From assembly GCA_963850305.1 (NCBI GenBank), contig CAWKKR010000008.1, positions 768,001 through 832,000 of the forward strand: DNA of 64,000 nt, written 5' to 3'. The stretch's first letter is position 1. The number at the start of each line of letters is the position of its first letter. This document shows, in pieces, positions 31,115 through 41,411 of this stretch. This DNA is from an uncultured delta proteobacterium. GTDB taxonomy: Bacteria; Myxococcota_A; Polyangia; Polyangiales; Polyangiaceae. The notes under the pieces were generated by a model. That model did not search any database and was not told the DNA's origin. It saw only the letters and a list, made by a program, of their open reading frames with translations. The position numbers and the translations under genes are program-made.

Positions 31115-32218
31115 ATGGTCGTTCTTCGCACGCTGGCGTTCGTGGTGGTTGCCGGGTTGGCTGTGGGCTTGCCGAGCAAGGTTGTGTACGGTGACGAAGG
31201 GACGTCGCTGAGCTATGCGGCGCCGGACGGATGTCCGTCGCGCGCGGACTTCGTTGCCAGCGTCGAGGCGCGGGGGGCGCGGTTCGACGCGGCGGCTCCG
31301 CTCGCGCGACGGCTCGAGGTGTCGATCGCGAAAGGGAGCGATGGGTTCACGGGGTCGCTCCGCGTGGACGGTGCAGATGGCGGCTCGGGTACGCGTGAGG
31401 TGCACGCTGCCGGGTGCGGAGAGGTGGCAGACGGGCTGTCGGTGGTCGCGGCGATCGCGCTCGGGGCGCACCCCGAGGATGCGAAGCCTCCCGCGGCAAG
31501 CGAGACGAAGCCGTCCGCCCCAGCACCGGCTCCGGCCGTTCCGGAAAGTCCTGGTCGACCGACGTCACCGCCGCGTTCGATGCCCCCCCCAACCGAAGAA
31601 GGCCGTCTGCGCGGAACCAATTTTGGAACGCCCAAGACGTTGGAGGTTCCGGCGGGGACACTGCGCTTCGAGCGCGCACGGAGCTATCAGCTGGCGGCCG
31701 GCGCCACGTACGGCGTGCTGCCCACGGTGATGCCGCGGTTCGATCTGACGCTCTCGATCGCAAACTTCGTCCAGACGCCTTCGCGAGTGAGCACCCTCGT
31801 CGGCAACGTGCTTCAGGTGGCGTGGAGTTTCCTCGGCCCCACGACGTACGAGACAGGCGGGTACTCGACGCGCGCGCTCGGCATCCTCGCGGGGGTGAAC
31901 TCGTGCTCGTCGCCACTCTACGACACGGGAGGGGCAATCATCATGATCTGCGCGGAGTTCCGGGTCGGTGCCGTGGGCCTGGAAACCCACGATGCCAGCG
32001 GGGCTCGCACGCAGACGAAGAATGCCGGCTTCGGGACGGGCGGGATCTCCCTCGACGCGCGCTACGACATCGGGTCGCTGGTGGACGTCGGGCTGCGGCT
32101 CGGCGGCGCCCTTCAATTCGGTCAGATTTCCGCGGAAAGGCCCGACGGGACGCGGCTCTTCGCTTCGCCGCTCTTCGACGGCTACGGGCTCCTCGGCGTG
32201 GGGCTGCATTTTCAGTGA
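31115..32218 (+). CDS. Secreted/outer-membrane protein preceding an ECF sigma factor
   Basis: Signal peptide, YAAPDGCPS motif, Pro-rich linker, beta-barrel-like C-terminus ending GVGLHFQ. Confidence 0.75.
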   Translation: MVVLRTLAFVVVAGLAVGLPSKVVYGDEGTSLSYAAPDGCPSRADFVASVEARGARFDAAAPLARRLEVSIAKGSDGFTGSLRVDGADGGSGTREVHAAGCGEVADGLSVVAAIALGAHPEDAKPPAASETKPSAPAPAPAVPESPGRPTSPPRSMPPPTEEGRLRGTNFGTPKTLEVPAGTLRFERARSYQLAAGATYGVLPTVMPRFDLTLSIANFVQTPSRVSTLVGNVLQVAWSFLGPTTYETGGYSTRALGILAGVNSCSSPLYDTGGAIIMICAEFRVGAVGLETHDASGARTQTKNAGFGTGGISLDARYDIGSLVDVGLRLGGALQFGQISAERPDGTRLFASPLFDGYGLLGVGLHFQ

Positions 32219-32248
32219 TCGAAGGACGCCTGCCGTGTCATTAGCAAG

Positions 32249-32857
32249 GTGGTGTCGAGCGCCGATTCAGCGGGGAAGCGCGGGCTGCTCGAGACGGCGA
32301 GGGCGGCGAGTGACGGCGCGACCGAGAGCCCGACGGTCGAGCTCGAAGGGATGTTCCAGACGCACTACGGTTCGATCGTTCGCCTGCTGCGACGGTTTGG
32401 CGTGGCATCGGCGGACCTCGACGACGCCGCGCAGGAGGTCTTCTGGGTCGCGGCGCGTCGGCTCTCGGATATCCGGCCCGGGTCGGAGCACGCGTTCCTC
32501 TACGGGGTTGCGATCCGCGTCGCGGCGAGCAAGGTGCGGCGTGAGCGGTCGAGTCGCGCAGTGGTCGATCTCGAGGCGCTAGCGAACGTCGCCGATGGAC
32601 GGCCGTCGCCCGAAGAGGATCTGGAACAGCACCGGGCGCGCGCGCTCCTCGACTTCGTGCTCGAGCATCTGCCGCTCGAGCTCAGAACGGTGTTCGTCCT
32701 TTTCGCGCTCGAGGGGCAGTCGGTGCCGGAGATCGCACAGCTCTGCGCAATCCCGATGGGCACGGCCAGCTCGCGGCTGAGGCGCGCGCGCGAAGAGTTC
32801 TCGGCGGTCGCGAAGCGCGTACGTGCGGTGCTCATGGCAAACGGGAAGCTACGCTGA
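32249..32857 (+). CDS. ECF-subfamily sigma-70 factor
   Basis: DLDDAAQEVF, FLYGVAIRVA, LRTVFVLFALEG...EIAQ...GTASSRLRRARE. Confidence 0.93.
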   Translation: MVSSADSAGKRGLLETARAASDGATESPTVELEGMFQTHYGSIVRLLRRFGVASADLDDAAQEVFWVAARRLSDIRPGSEHAFLYGVAIRVAASKVRRERSSRAVVDLEALANVADGRPSPEEDLEQHRARALLDFVLEHLPLELRTVFVLFALEGQSVPEIAQLCAIPMGTASSRLRRAREEFSAVAKRVRAVLMANGKLR

Positions 32858-33648
32858 TGGATCCGCAACTATCTCCGGAGCTCGAGTTCGAGCGCTGGCT
32901 CGTGGATTCGGCGCGTGAAGATTCGATGCCGTCAGCGCCGGAAGCGTGGGCGAACTTCTCCGCGGCTGCAGGTGCGCTGGCCGCGGTCTCGAGCGCGCGC
33001 TCGGGCCATGTGCTGCGCCTGTTCCGGGCAGCCGGGGTGCGCTGGGCACTGGTCGGTGCGGCGTGCGGCAGCGCCGTCACGGCAGCGTGGATGTCGAGGC
33101 ACGAGGAAGAGCCAGGTGCACCCGCGGCTTTGGTGGCCGCGCCACGTGACACGCCGGAGGCAGCTACACCGACGAGCGCCGTGCGCGTCATGCAGAACGC
33201 TGGAGTCTCGCCACGAGAGTCGACCTCGGCGACAACGAGCTCGGCGCGGGCCGTATCGACCCTGTCGGTGGACAGGACTCGGGCGCGTGCCGAAACGCGA
33301 ATGGCGAACGAGCACCGAAGCCCCGAGCCGCGAAGCGCCGAACCGCGGGTAGCGTCGAATGCCGCGAGCCCGGCGTCGCTCGCGGAAGAAGTGGCCGCGC
33401 TCGATGCGATCCGGACGGCCATGGCCGTCGGGGACTATCGCGACGCCGTCCGGCAAGTGGACGCTTACCGTCGCGCGTTCGCCGGTGGAGAGTTGACGCC
33501 GGACGCCGAGGTCCTCGCGATCGAGGCGCTCTCCAAGGCCGGGGACACGACGAGCGCAGAGCGCCGGGCAGCGAGCTTCCTCGCGAAGTACCCCGACGAC
33601 CCGCACGCGCTGCGGATCGAGAAGATCGCGGAGCGGTCCCGGTTCTGA
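32857..33648 (+). CDS. Putative anti-sigma factor with C-terminal TPR-like helices
   Basis: Coupled to the sigma gene (TGATG overlap), central TM, SLAEEVAALD...FLAKYPDDPHA. Confidence 0.75.
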   Translation: MDPQLSPELEFERWLVDSAREDSMPSAPEAWANFSAAAGALAAVSSARSGHVLRLFRAAGVRWALVGAACGSAVTAAWMSRHEEEPGAPAALVAAPRDTPEAATPTSAVRVMQNAGVSPRESTSATTSSARAVSTLSVDRTRARAETRMANEHRSPEPRSAEPRVASNAASPASLAEEVAALDAIRTAMAVGDYRDAVRQVDAYRRAFAGGELTPDAEVLAIEALSKAGDTTSAERRAASFLAKYPDDPHALRIEKIAERSRF

Positions 33649-33814
33649 TGCTGGTCGGGAGACGATGGACTTGGCCTCCCGCGACTTCGAGCGAGGCGTT
33701 GCGCGTCGCGGCAGCGCACGCCATGTGTCTCGCATCTTGCACAATAGGCGAGCCTGGAGATGGAGGTGCGGCAAGTGCTCGCCCCGGCCAGGGGAAGGCG
33801 TATGATTATCGATC

Positions 33815-35995
33815 ATGCGAGGGCAATGGCCCAGGTCGCGGGGGCGCCGGTGGCTGCTCGCGTGCCTCGCGCTCACGGAGTGCGGGCGGATCGGTTACGA
33901 GCCGATGCAGCTTGCGGGGCACCTGCGCGGCGGGGGCACCCGTGATGCGTCGCTCGCGCTGCGGCCCGATGCGGGCTCTCTCGACGGATCCGCCGGCGCG
34001 GCTGGGCAAGGCCGGGACGCCTCGATCTTCGACGCCCACTCCCCTGTGCCGGAAGCGGGCACGAACGTCGTCAAAACGGCGCTCCCGCCACTGCCCGAGC
34101 TAACCAACGTCGTCGTGTCGCAGCGTAACGACTCCGTGGGCGTCGACTTCGATCCCGTGGACGGCGCGCAAGACTACCGCATCTACCCGCTTCCCGACGA
34201 CTCGGCCATCGTCGAGAACGCCGATGGTTCGGTCACCGTCCAGGGCGCCACCTATCGCTGTTCGGGCGACCGGCAGACGTGGGACGCCCAAAGCGCGCAG
34301 AACACGACAGGTGTGTTTGCCCAGGGCCTGACAACGCAGTTCGATTCGGATCTAGCCAATGACACCCTGGGATATGTCTACGTGAAGCCCGCGAGCGGCC
34401 TGGTCCCCGTCTACGCCCTCGGCGGCGTGGGCCCGACGGCAGAAGGCGACGAATTGGGCTGGGAGGAGGGTCGCCTGAAGATCTATACGGCGGACACCTC
34501 GCAGCGGACGAGCCTTCTCGGCCAGGGCTGGCGCGACGACGGGATCGTCTTCTACGTACCGAGTTCCGCGAGCAGCAGTACGCAGACGGTGTACGGCTCG
34601 CAAAATGCACAGGTCGTCCCAGGACAGGGTTGGACGCAATACCACCAATATTACTTTCTTGGCGCGTCGCAATCGTCTCACACAAAGGACACGACGCCTC
34701 CCGCGCCTGCCTTTCAGGTCTTGGCCGCGCAGGTGGCGGGGACGGTCCCTCTCATGTCCGTCTTCTATTCCGGAAGACACGAGCACACCGAGCTCGTCGC
34801 CGGTCAGGAGCGTTTTCAACGTGCCGCCTATCAGGGAAACGGTCCGCTCTGGCATCTCGAGTGGTCGGGAATTACGGCGCCGACCACGCTCGTGGTCGAA
34901 GCCCTAGACTCGGGCTGTCCCTTTCAAGGGTTCCTGTCTCCACAGCACATCGACACGACGGCGACGCACCAAGCTTTCCTGACCCTGGACGATCTGAGGG
35001 CCGCTTCGCCGACCGGTGAGGTCTTCGTGAACGGTCAGCACGATCCCACGAGCAAGCCCAGGGCCATCGCGCGCTCCTTCGTCACCGTCGCGCCGCAGCC
35101 CATCGATCCGAGTGCGTGGGACTGGTACGAGGACTTCGGGGTCGGTTCCACCTTCGGGCCCGTAACGGCGGTCCCGGGCTGTACGGATCTGAACTGTGGG
35201 CGGTGGCAGACGCCGGATTTCGACTTCAGCGTGTACCGGATGGACAAGGCGGGGTCCCAGATGATCTTCACGTACGGACAGTTCTTGGGGCAATTCTGGG
35301 TGGCCTATGACGATGCGGCCAGCGACGCCGCGGGCAAGGTTCGATTCACGGCCCGCCGGAAGGCCACGGTCGATCCCGATGCCTCGAAGTACCTCCACGT
35401 CACGCTATCCATGGATATCGTCTCGACGGACCGCAGGTTTCCCCAGCTGATCATCTCGGATCAGGATGCACCGGTCCAGGAGGGTCTCGCGAATCCTGAT
35501 AACAATACGTTGCTGGTTCAGCCGACGCAGGGGCCTCCGATGCGGTTCGAGGTCCAGGCGATACACGGGCTGGTTGGGGGCAAGCCGTGGGACGCGGACA
35601 ATGAGGCGCCGGAACATCGATTCATCGACCCTGGAGCTGCGCCACTGGAACCCGTGGACTGGCCGTTCGAGCACGCGGGGATGGACCGCTTGACTCGCTT
35701 CGACGTGTACGTTTCGTCACAGCAGATCTACTCGTTCATGGATGGCAAGCCGTCGGGATGCGCTCTCTATCCGGCTGGCTTCTCGCTCTCGGGACCAGTG
35801 ACGGTGAGTTTCGGCGACCTTCTCAATCACGAAGGAGCGGCGGACGAGCTCGTGTGCTCACAAGCGTTGCCGTACGGCTTCTTGCATCCGCATCAGTGCG
35901 TGGAAACGAAGCGTCACTTCGACGATTTCGGATTCAAGAGCGAATCGGCCGCACCTGTCTGGGACGAAACGCTTTTCCCGTGCAGGACGTACTAA
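33815..35995 (+). CDS. Large secreted lipoprotein-like protein with a DUF5648-like segment
   Basis: Signal ending ALTEC-GRIGYE; IYTADTSQRTSLLGQGWRDDGIVFYV resembles DUF5648 repeats. Confidence 0.7.
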   Translation: MRGQWPRSRGRRWLLACLALTECGRIGYEPMQLAGHLRGGGTRDASLALRPDAGSLDGSAGAAGQGRDASIFDAHSPVPEAGTNVVKTALPPLPELTNVVVSQRNDSVGVDFDPVDGAQDYRIYPLPDDSAIVENADGSVTVQGATYRCSGDRQTWDAQSAQNTTGVFAQGLTTQFDSDLANDTLGYVYVKPASGLVPVYALGGVGPTAEGDELGWEEGRLKIYTADTSQRTSLLGQGWRDDGIVFYVPSSASSSTQTVYGSQNAQVVPGQGWTQYHQYYFLGASQSSHTKDTTPPAPAFQVLAAQVAGTVPLMSVFYSGRHEHTELVAGQERFQRAAYQGNGPLWHLEWSGITAPTTLVVEALDSGCPFQGFLSPQHIDTTATHQAFLTLDDLRAASPTGEVFVNGQHDPTSKPRAIARSFVTVAPQPIDPSAWDWYEDFGVGSTFGPVTAVPGCTDLNCGRWQTPDFDFSVYRMDKAGSQMIFTYGQFLGQFWVAYDDAASDAAGKVRFTARRKATVDPDASKYLHVTLSMDIVSTDRRFPQLIISDQDAPVQEGLANPDNNTLLVQPTQGPPMRFEVQAIHGLVGGKPWDADNEAPEHRFIDPGAAPLEPVDWPFEHAGMDRLTRFDVYVSSQQIYSFMDGKPSGCALYPAGFSLSGPVTVSFGDLLNHEGAADELVCSQALPYGFLHPHQCVETKRHFDDFGFKSESAAPVWDETLFPCRTY

Positions 35996-36015
35996 ACTAT
36001 AAACTAAACTAACGA

Positions 36016-36060
36016 AGGACGGGCCTTGGCAGCCTTGGCCCCCGCGGCTTGCTCCGCCAC
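36016..36060. repeat. Degenerate truncated relic of the 70-bp array element (leader plus first hairpin)
   Basis: GGGCCTTGGCAGCCTTGGCCCCCGCGGCTTGCTCCGC matches the array leaders GGGGCCTTGCC(TG/GC)CTTG(A/C)CCCCCGCGGCT. Confidence 0.7.
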
Positions 36061-36085
36061 GTCCGAAGCTCCGCATCGAGCGGCG

Positions 36086-37113
36086 TCAATCCGGGAAACA
36101 GGCTGCCAGATGGAGGGCAGTCGGCGCGTCGTACGGCACGTTGAACGACTCCCCCCCATCGATCGTCACCGCATACGTGCCGCCGCGCTGGTCGCCATCT
36201 TCGAGGCGGATACCGCCGGAAGCATCATCGCTGCCGTACACGACTTCTCCCGAGATCGATCCCGACGTGCCCGAGTCCGACGAGGTTCTTTCGACCGAGG
36301 CGTCGTGATCCGAGGGCAGCGGGGCCGTCGCGATTGCGAAATGCAGAGTGCCGTAAAGAGCGCCGTTGCCGCCCGTATCGGTCTTCGTCGCCTTCGTCCC
36401 GCTGACGGTGTAGCCGGTGAAGTCGCTGTACCCATCGTAGGCAAACTGCGTCAGCGGGCTCAGCAGGTCGTCCAGCGAGACGCGCACGGTGCCGGCGAGC
36501 TGCCCGCGGAATACCGCCGCGCGCGAGTACTCCAGCATCCCCCGTCCCCCGAAGCCGGGCATGCGCAGCTCGGCGCTGCCCGTCGTCGAAATTCAGGAGC
36601 TCCACCGCGCAGCGAGCTCCTTCGGGGCTTGCCTCGTCGAGCCCGGAAACGACCTTTCCGAAGTCTCGCAGGGGCGGCATCGAAACGTCGCCGGAGAGAA
36701 GCACTTGGTCGTCGTTCGAACGAAACGCGAAAGCGAGCGTCCGAGCGACGGGCGTGCGCGCGTTGCCGGACTGCGACGTTCCAGAATTGCTCTCGTACTC
36801 GAGGGTTGCCGACAGGGTGAGCGTCCCCGCGACAGGATCGAGGTCGTACGTCCCGGTCAGGGATTCGTCGCCTTCCGCGGCGCCGAGCTCGAATCAGCGC
36901 GAAGCTCGCGGGCTCCGCCCCGGTCTTGTCACCGAGAACGAGGAGGGTCACCTTCGTCGTTTCGAACGCGACCCACGTCGATGCGCCCGAGCCGAAGACT
37001 CGCGTCTCGTCACGCTTTTCGCCCAGCCCTGGGTACTCCCCGAGGTCGCAGGCTGGCAGCAAGACCGCGACTGCCAGCACTGCCACCATCGGGATCGTCG
37101 CGAGGTGACTCAC
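36086..37113 (-). pseudogene. Hypothetical lipoprotein broken by at least two frameshifts
   Basis: Lipobox-like LLPAC at the start; protein-like segments hop between ORFs 36460-37113, 36225-36704 and 36086-36562. Confidence 0.55.
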
Positions 37114-37739
37114 AAGCGGACTCCGACGGCGGCGCCCGCGATGAATGACACCCCGTAGTCGAGGCGATTGCCATGCAGGATGTCGACGACATCGAGGCTA
37201 CTCCGGAGTAACCCGGCGACGATGATGGGCGCGCCGAAGACCCTTTCGTCGGTCGCATATGCGACTTGAGCCGCGAGACCCCCGCCGAGGACCGCGCTCT
37301 GGAACGTTCTATAGGCAGTATCCCCCTCCAGCGTGGTGTATAGGCCGTGCAGTCGTGGACCGATCGCAAGTTCGATCCTCGTCGAGAGGGGTATGCGGCG
37401 GTCGACGCCGAGCGAGAGGTCGAGAGCGAACGCAGCCGCGTAGACGTTGCCAAACGAAACGAAGCCTCCGTTCTCGGCAGCGGCGACCGGGAATGCCAGA
37501 TTCAAGGCCCCCGTGAAGGCCCATTTGGCACCGGCGTTCAGCGAATATCCAAAACCCGGCGATTGGAACGTGTACCGATTACCGGCATCCGTTCGCACGA
37601 GATCGGTCTGAAATGTCGGACCAACGGACTGTTCGACCGACGCTCGAGCGCGGAGTGACCAGAAGAAGTACGCCGCCACCAGCGAGCAGCGGAAAACGGC
37701 GTGATTCAGGCCTTGCCGTGAAGGGCGTGCGCGAGACAC
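37110..37739 (-). CDS. Hypothetical exported beta-strand-rich protein
   Basis: Signal-like N-terminus, amphipathic strands, C-terminal AVGVRL; overlaps the next start (GTGA). Confidence 0.6.
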   Translation of the reverse strand: MSRARPSRQGLNHAVFRCSLVAAYFFWSLRARASVEQSVGPTFQTDLVRTDAGNRYTFQSPGFGYSLNAGAKWAFTGALNLAFPVAAAENGGFVSFGNVYAAAFALDLSLGVDRRIPLSTRIELAIGPRLHGLYTTLEGDTAYRTFQSAVLGGGLAAQVAYATDERVFGAPIIVAGLLRSSLDVVDILHGNRLDYGVSFIAGAAVGVRL

Positions 37740-38704
37740 GCGGGAGTGAGAGCAACTCTCGTGCCTTCTGGATCGGCCTCAACGCGATTGCGCCCTCTCG
37801 CCTTTGCTCTGTAGAGCGCCGAATCCGCGCGACCGAGCCAGGCCGCCGCGTTCTCGTCCATCGGCGAGAGCTCGGCGACACCGAGGCTCAGCGTCATCAC
37901 GCCGGCACCGGTGACCGTGTGCAGCGCGAGGCTCTGGACCGCGAGGCGGATTCGCGTCGCTGCTTCCGCGGCTCGACGCAATGACTGCTCGGGCAGGACC
38001 ACGACGAACTCCTCGCCACCATACCGATACACGCTGTCGCCGGCTCTGAGTTGCCCCTGAATTGCCTTGGCAACGGAGAGCAATGCGGCGTCCCCGGCGA
38101 GATGACCAAAGTGGTCGTTGTAGGCCTTGAACCAGTCGATGTCCGCCATCGCGATGCTGTACCGACGGCCGTATCGCTCCGCCTGCGACCAAAGCGCGCG
38201 AAGATCGCCGTCGAGGCGCAAGCGATTCGCGACTCCGGTCAAGGCGTCGACACGGGCCAGCGTGAACGACGTCTGGCTGTCGCGCCGGAGGGCGATGTTT
38301 CTTTCGGTGAGTCTCCGGTAAACCGAGACGACGCGCGCGGCGGAAGCGAGGCGGGCTTGCAGCTCGTCGAGATCGACCGGCTTGGTCTGGTAGTCGTCCG
38401 CGCCCGCCTCCATCCCCTGGATGAAGTGCTCCCAATCGCCGAATGCGGTCATGAAGATGAAATACGTGTAGCCGCTGGTGCCGTCCGCAACGCGCGTTCG
38501 CTTGCAGAGCTCCAGTCCGTCCATGCGCGGCATTTCCCAATCGCTGAGGATGACGTCCGCGTGGTCCTTCTGGTGCATCGACCAGGCCTCGAGTCCGTCC
38601 CCGGCGGTTCGACATTCGTATCCGAAGGAAGTGACGACTTCTGCGAGCTCGTTGCCCGCGGCCCTCTCGTCATCGACGACGAGCACCTTGAGTGGGGGAG
38701 ACAC
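37706..38704 (-). CDS. Response-regulator diguanylate cyclase (REC-GGDEF)
   Basis: LVVDD...SDWEMPRMDG...TKP receiver; DALTGVANR, DIDWFKAYNDHFGH, YRYGGEEF, ADSALYRAK. Confidence 0.95.
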   Translation of the reverse strand: MSPPLKVLVVDDERAAGNELAEVVTSFGYECRTAGDGLEAWSMHQKDHADVILSDWEMPRMDGLELCKRTRVADGTSGYTYFIFMTAFGDWEHFIQGMEAGADDYQTKPVDLDELQARLASAARVVSVYRRLTERNIALRRDSQTSFTLARVDALTGVANRLRLDGDLRALWSQAERYGRRYSIAMADIDWFKAYNDHFGHLAGDAALLSVAKAIQGQLRAGDSVYRYGGEEFVVVLPEQSLRRAAEAATRIRLAVQSLALHTVTGAGVMTLSLGVAELSPMDENAAAWLGRADSALYRAKARGRNRVEADPEGTRVALTPACLAHALHGKA

Positions 38705-38781
38705 GTATCGCTACGTTGCACGGAGTGGGCCATCTCCGCCGGCCCGGTCCGCGGGGCACGGCTATTGCTCGAGGTGGACCC

Positions 38782-39168
38782 ATGGCCACTGCATCCATGC
38801 GTCCGGAGCGGAAACGCATTCTGATCGTGGAGGACGACACCGGCGCGCTCAGCGCCTTGGCGTACGCGCTCGGCGCACGTTACGACGTGGTGGTTGCCCG
38901 CGACGGAGTCGAGGGGGCCGAGGTGGCAGCCAAGTCGCCGCCGGACCTGATCATCACGGACGTGACGATGCCGCGCCTGGACGGGATCGGGATGGTCCGA
39001 AGGATCCGCGAGCAACAGGCAGCCAAAGTGCCGGTCATTTTCGTTTCGGCGCTCGACTCACCGATGGCGGTCGTCGCCGGCATCGCGGCCGGCGCCCGTC
39101 ATTACCTGACCAAGCCGCTGGATCTCAACGACCTCGAGAAGCGCATCGTGCGCGTGCTCGGGGAGTGA
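38782..39168 (+). CDS. Single-domain response regulator
   Basis: ILIVEDD, PDLIITDVTMPRLDG, YLTKP. Confidence 0.93.
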   Translation: MATASMRPERKRILIVEDDTGALSALAYALGARYDVVVARDGVEGAEVAAKSPPDLIITDVTMPRLDGIGMVRRIREQQAAKVPVIFVSALDSPMAVVAGIAAGARHYLTKPLDLNDLEKRIVRVLGE

Positions 39169-39371
39169 GCGTGCGCCGCCGAGCGAAGGACGGCGCGCAC
39201 GGGGGTGCGGTACGCAATCCATGCGGCGCCGCGAAGGCCTTGCACGATCGCCCGGCGCGCGACCGAGACGACGGGTCCCACCGGTCGGCCTCCGCTGCCG
39301 GCACCAGCGCCCGCGCCAGAGCTGGCTCGAAGGCGCCCTCGGGCGGGCGCCTTCTTCGCGCATTGACGGCC

Positions 39372-40539
39372 TCACTTCGCTCGATACGCCCCTCGACCAG
39401 CAAGCTGGCTCTGGAGCGACTTCACTTCCTGGCGAAGCTCGTCGAGCTCGTGCTTCTGTTCCTGGAGCGCTGCGACGGCCATGCTGGTGTAGCCGTAGAG
39501 GTCGACCTGATCGTTCTTCGAGTCGACGCTGGGACTCGGCTCGACGTCCTCGATGATGAAGCCGAGGTGCTGCCGTTCGGGACCGTCCTTGTAACGGTAC
39601 CTGACGAGCGGGATCGACATCAGAATCGCTCGCGAGCGCTTCGCGTTCCCCGGTGCTCAGGTACTCGATGTCGGTCTTGTACTTCGCGCGGGAGATCGGG
39701 CAGAGGCCGCCGTGCGTCGGATCGGTCGTGGTGCACATCAGATTCACCCCGCATCCCGAGCCCGGGTCGCATTCGGCACCGGCGGGGGAGCACGCGGCGC
39801 CGACGGCTTCCGTCGAGGTGCATGGTGCGACACCCGACGTGCTGCCGCCCGTTCCCCCGACGCGGCAGACGGGATCCCCGCAGGTCCGGTACCATTCGAG
39901 GTTGCCTGCCGCCCCGCATCCCGGAAAGGTCGTCAGGCACTTGCCGTTCACGCACGCTCCCGTCGCGCACGACGAGCCGCCGTCCGGGCACGATAGACAA
40001 ATCTGGGGAACCGCGCAGTCGCCGCCGCTCCGACACTCGCCGGTCGCGCCGCCGCTCGAGGTCGTACCGCCGGAGCCGGTCGACCCGCCCGCGCCGCCGC
40101 CGCCGCACGGCGGAATCGTCGTCTCGCACTCACCATTCACGCAGGAGGCGGTCGCGCACGATGTGCTGCCGTCCGAGCACTGTCTGCAGATCGCCGGAAC
40201 GATGCAATCGCTGGCGCTCGTGCATTCCGTGCCGCCGCCGCCCGAAGCGCCGCCGCTCGCCGTGCCTCCGGCGCCGCCACACGGCGGATAAGAAATCTGG
40301 CAGCCGCCGTCGACGCACGCGCCCATCGCGCAGGACGCGGCGCCTCCCGGACACAGCCGGCAGAGGGCGGGAGCGGGGCAGTCGCCCGCGACGTTGCATG
40401 GGATACCCCCGGAACCCCCGCTGCCAGGCGATCCGCCCGAAGCGCCGCCGTCCTTGAGACCCGATCCGCCGGGACTCGACGTCCCCCCGCACGCGACGGA
40501 AATCAGGATTACCGATCCAAGGGTCAAGATGTCACGCAT
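39372..40539 (-). CDS. Cys-rich lipoprotein with C-terminal peptidase S74 (tail-fibre chaperone) domain, frameshift near 39625
   Basis: Lipobox-like SVAC, three CxxCxxGxxSCAxxxCVxGxC modules, then CPISRAKYKTDIEYL...YRYK...LGFIIEDV...AALQEQ coiled coil. Confidence 0.8.
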
Positions 40540-40588
40540 GCTTCGGTCTCCTCGCACTTCGTGCACTCTTCGCTCTCGTCGTTCCCGT

Positions 40589-40644
40589 GGTAGCAGGAAT
40601 CGATCCAACGAAGAACGGTAGCAGGAATCGATCCAACGAAGAAC
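40589..40644. repeat. Perfect 28-bp tandem duplication
   Basis: GGTAGCAGGAATCGATCCAACGAAGAAC twice. Confidence 0.95.
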
Positions 40645-40763
40645 CGGTGCGCATCTCGACGCGATCGGTCAACGACGTGCACGCCTTGCAGGCCCGCGCA
40701 AACCGATTCATCCGAGCGGACCGAACTGCGCGATGCGTCCCCGAGCGTGAGGCTCGGCGGCGC

Positions 40764-40931
40764 TCATCGACGCTTCAGGAACCTCAAATAGAACGCGCCA
40801 AACACGAGGACGATCCCGACGTTAACCAGCAGCCGCTCCCAGAACCGGTTCCTGAAGAACAGCACGTCCACGCCGACCACGACGACTACCAGCGCGAGCA
40901 CGAAGGGCACGAGGGCTGGCGGTCTTTCCAT
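40764..40931 (-). CDS. Small 55-aa two-TM membrane protein, missing from the ORF track
   Basis: Manual translation MERPPALVPFVLALVVVVVGVDVLFFRNRFWERLLVNVGIVLVFGAFYLRFLKRR*; GC3-rich codons. Confidence 0.75.
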   Translation of the reverse strand: MERPPALVPFVLALVVVVVGVDVLFFRNRFWERLLVNVGIVLVFGAFYLRFLKRR

Positions 40932-41155
40932 CTTTCGTTTCTACCACCTGCTCCGGGACAAGCCGAGGCTCCTTGCTCCTCGGAACGATCCTGCGCGCCG
41001 CGGTCCACCCGAGACGCGAATCGCGACCGGTGGCGCGGGAAGCATCGAAGATGTCATCCGGGCGGGCGTCGATGCAGCGGAGTTGCGCCACAGGCGGCCT
41101 TTCCGCCACGAGCCGGTTCGTGCGCTACCGGTCAAGTCGCTGGATTCGTTCGTTG

Positions 41156-41228
41156 TGGGCCAAGACAGACTTGAACTGTCAGCCAACGGATTAAGAGTCC
41201 GCTGCTCTACCAATTGAGCTATTGGCCC
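41156..41228 (-). tRNA. tRNA-Lys (CTT)
   Basis: Reverse complement GGGCCAATAGCTCAATTGGTAGAGCA-GCGGA-CTCTTAA-TCCGT-TGGCT-GACAG-TTCAAGT-CTGTC-TTGGCCCA. Confidence 0.93.
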
Positions 41229-41411
41229 GGGCCGGCGCGGATAGCCGCGCGAGCCGGAGGCCGCTCATACCATTGCGTCTAGCGCCGTCAAGCATCGGTT
41301 GGCGGCGCGCGTTTCGCGCGGGAGACTCCGGTCGCTTTTGATGGGCGAGAGTCGGCAACTTGGCGCTACGCTCGGGCGGGAGTCTGCGCCCCTTGCCAGA
41401 ATAGCTCCGTC

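Noticed and set aside
39372..39700. Prophage remnant suggested by the tail-fibre chaperone domain
   Set aside because: No other phage genes are nearby and the domain is fused to a host-type lipoprotein
29313..41155. Genomic island integrated at tRNA-Lys
   Set aside because: No integrase and no duplicate of the tRNA 3' end were seen
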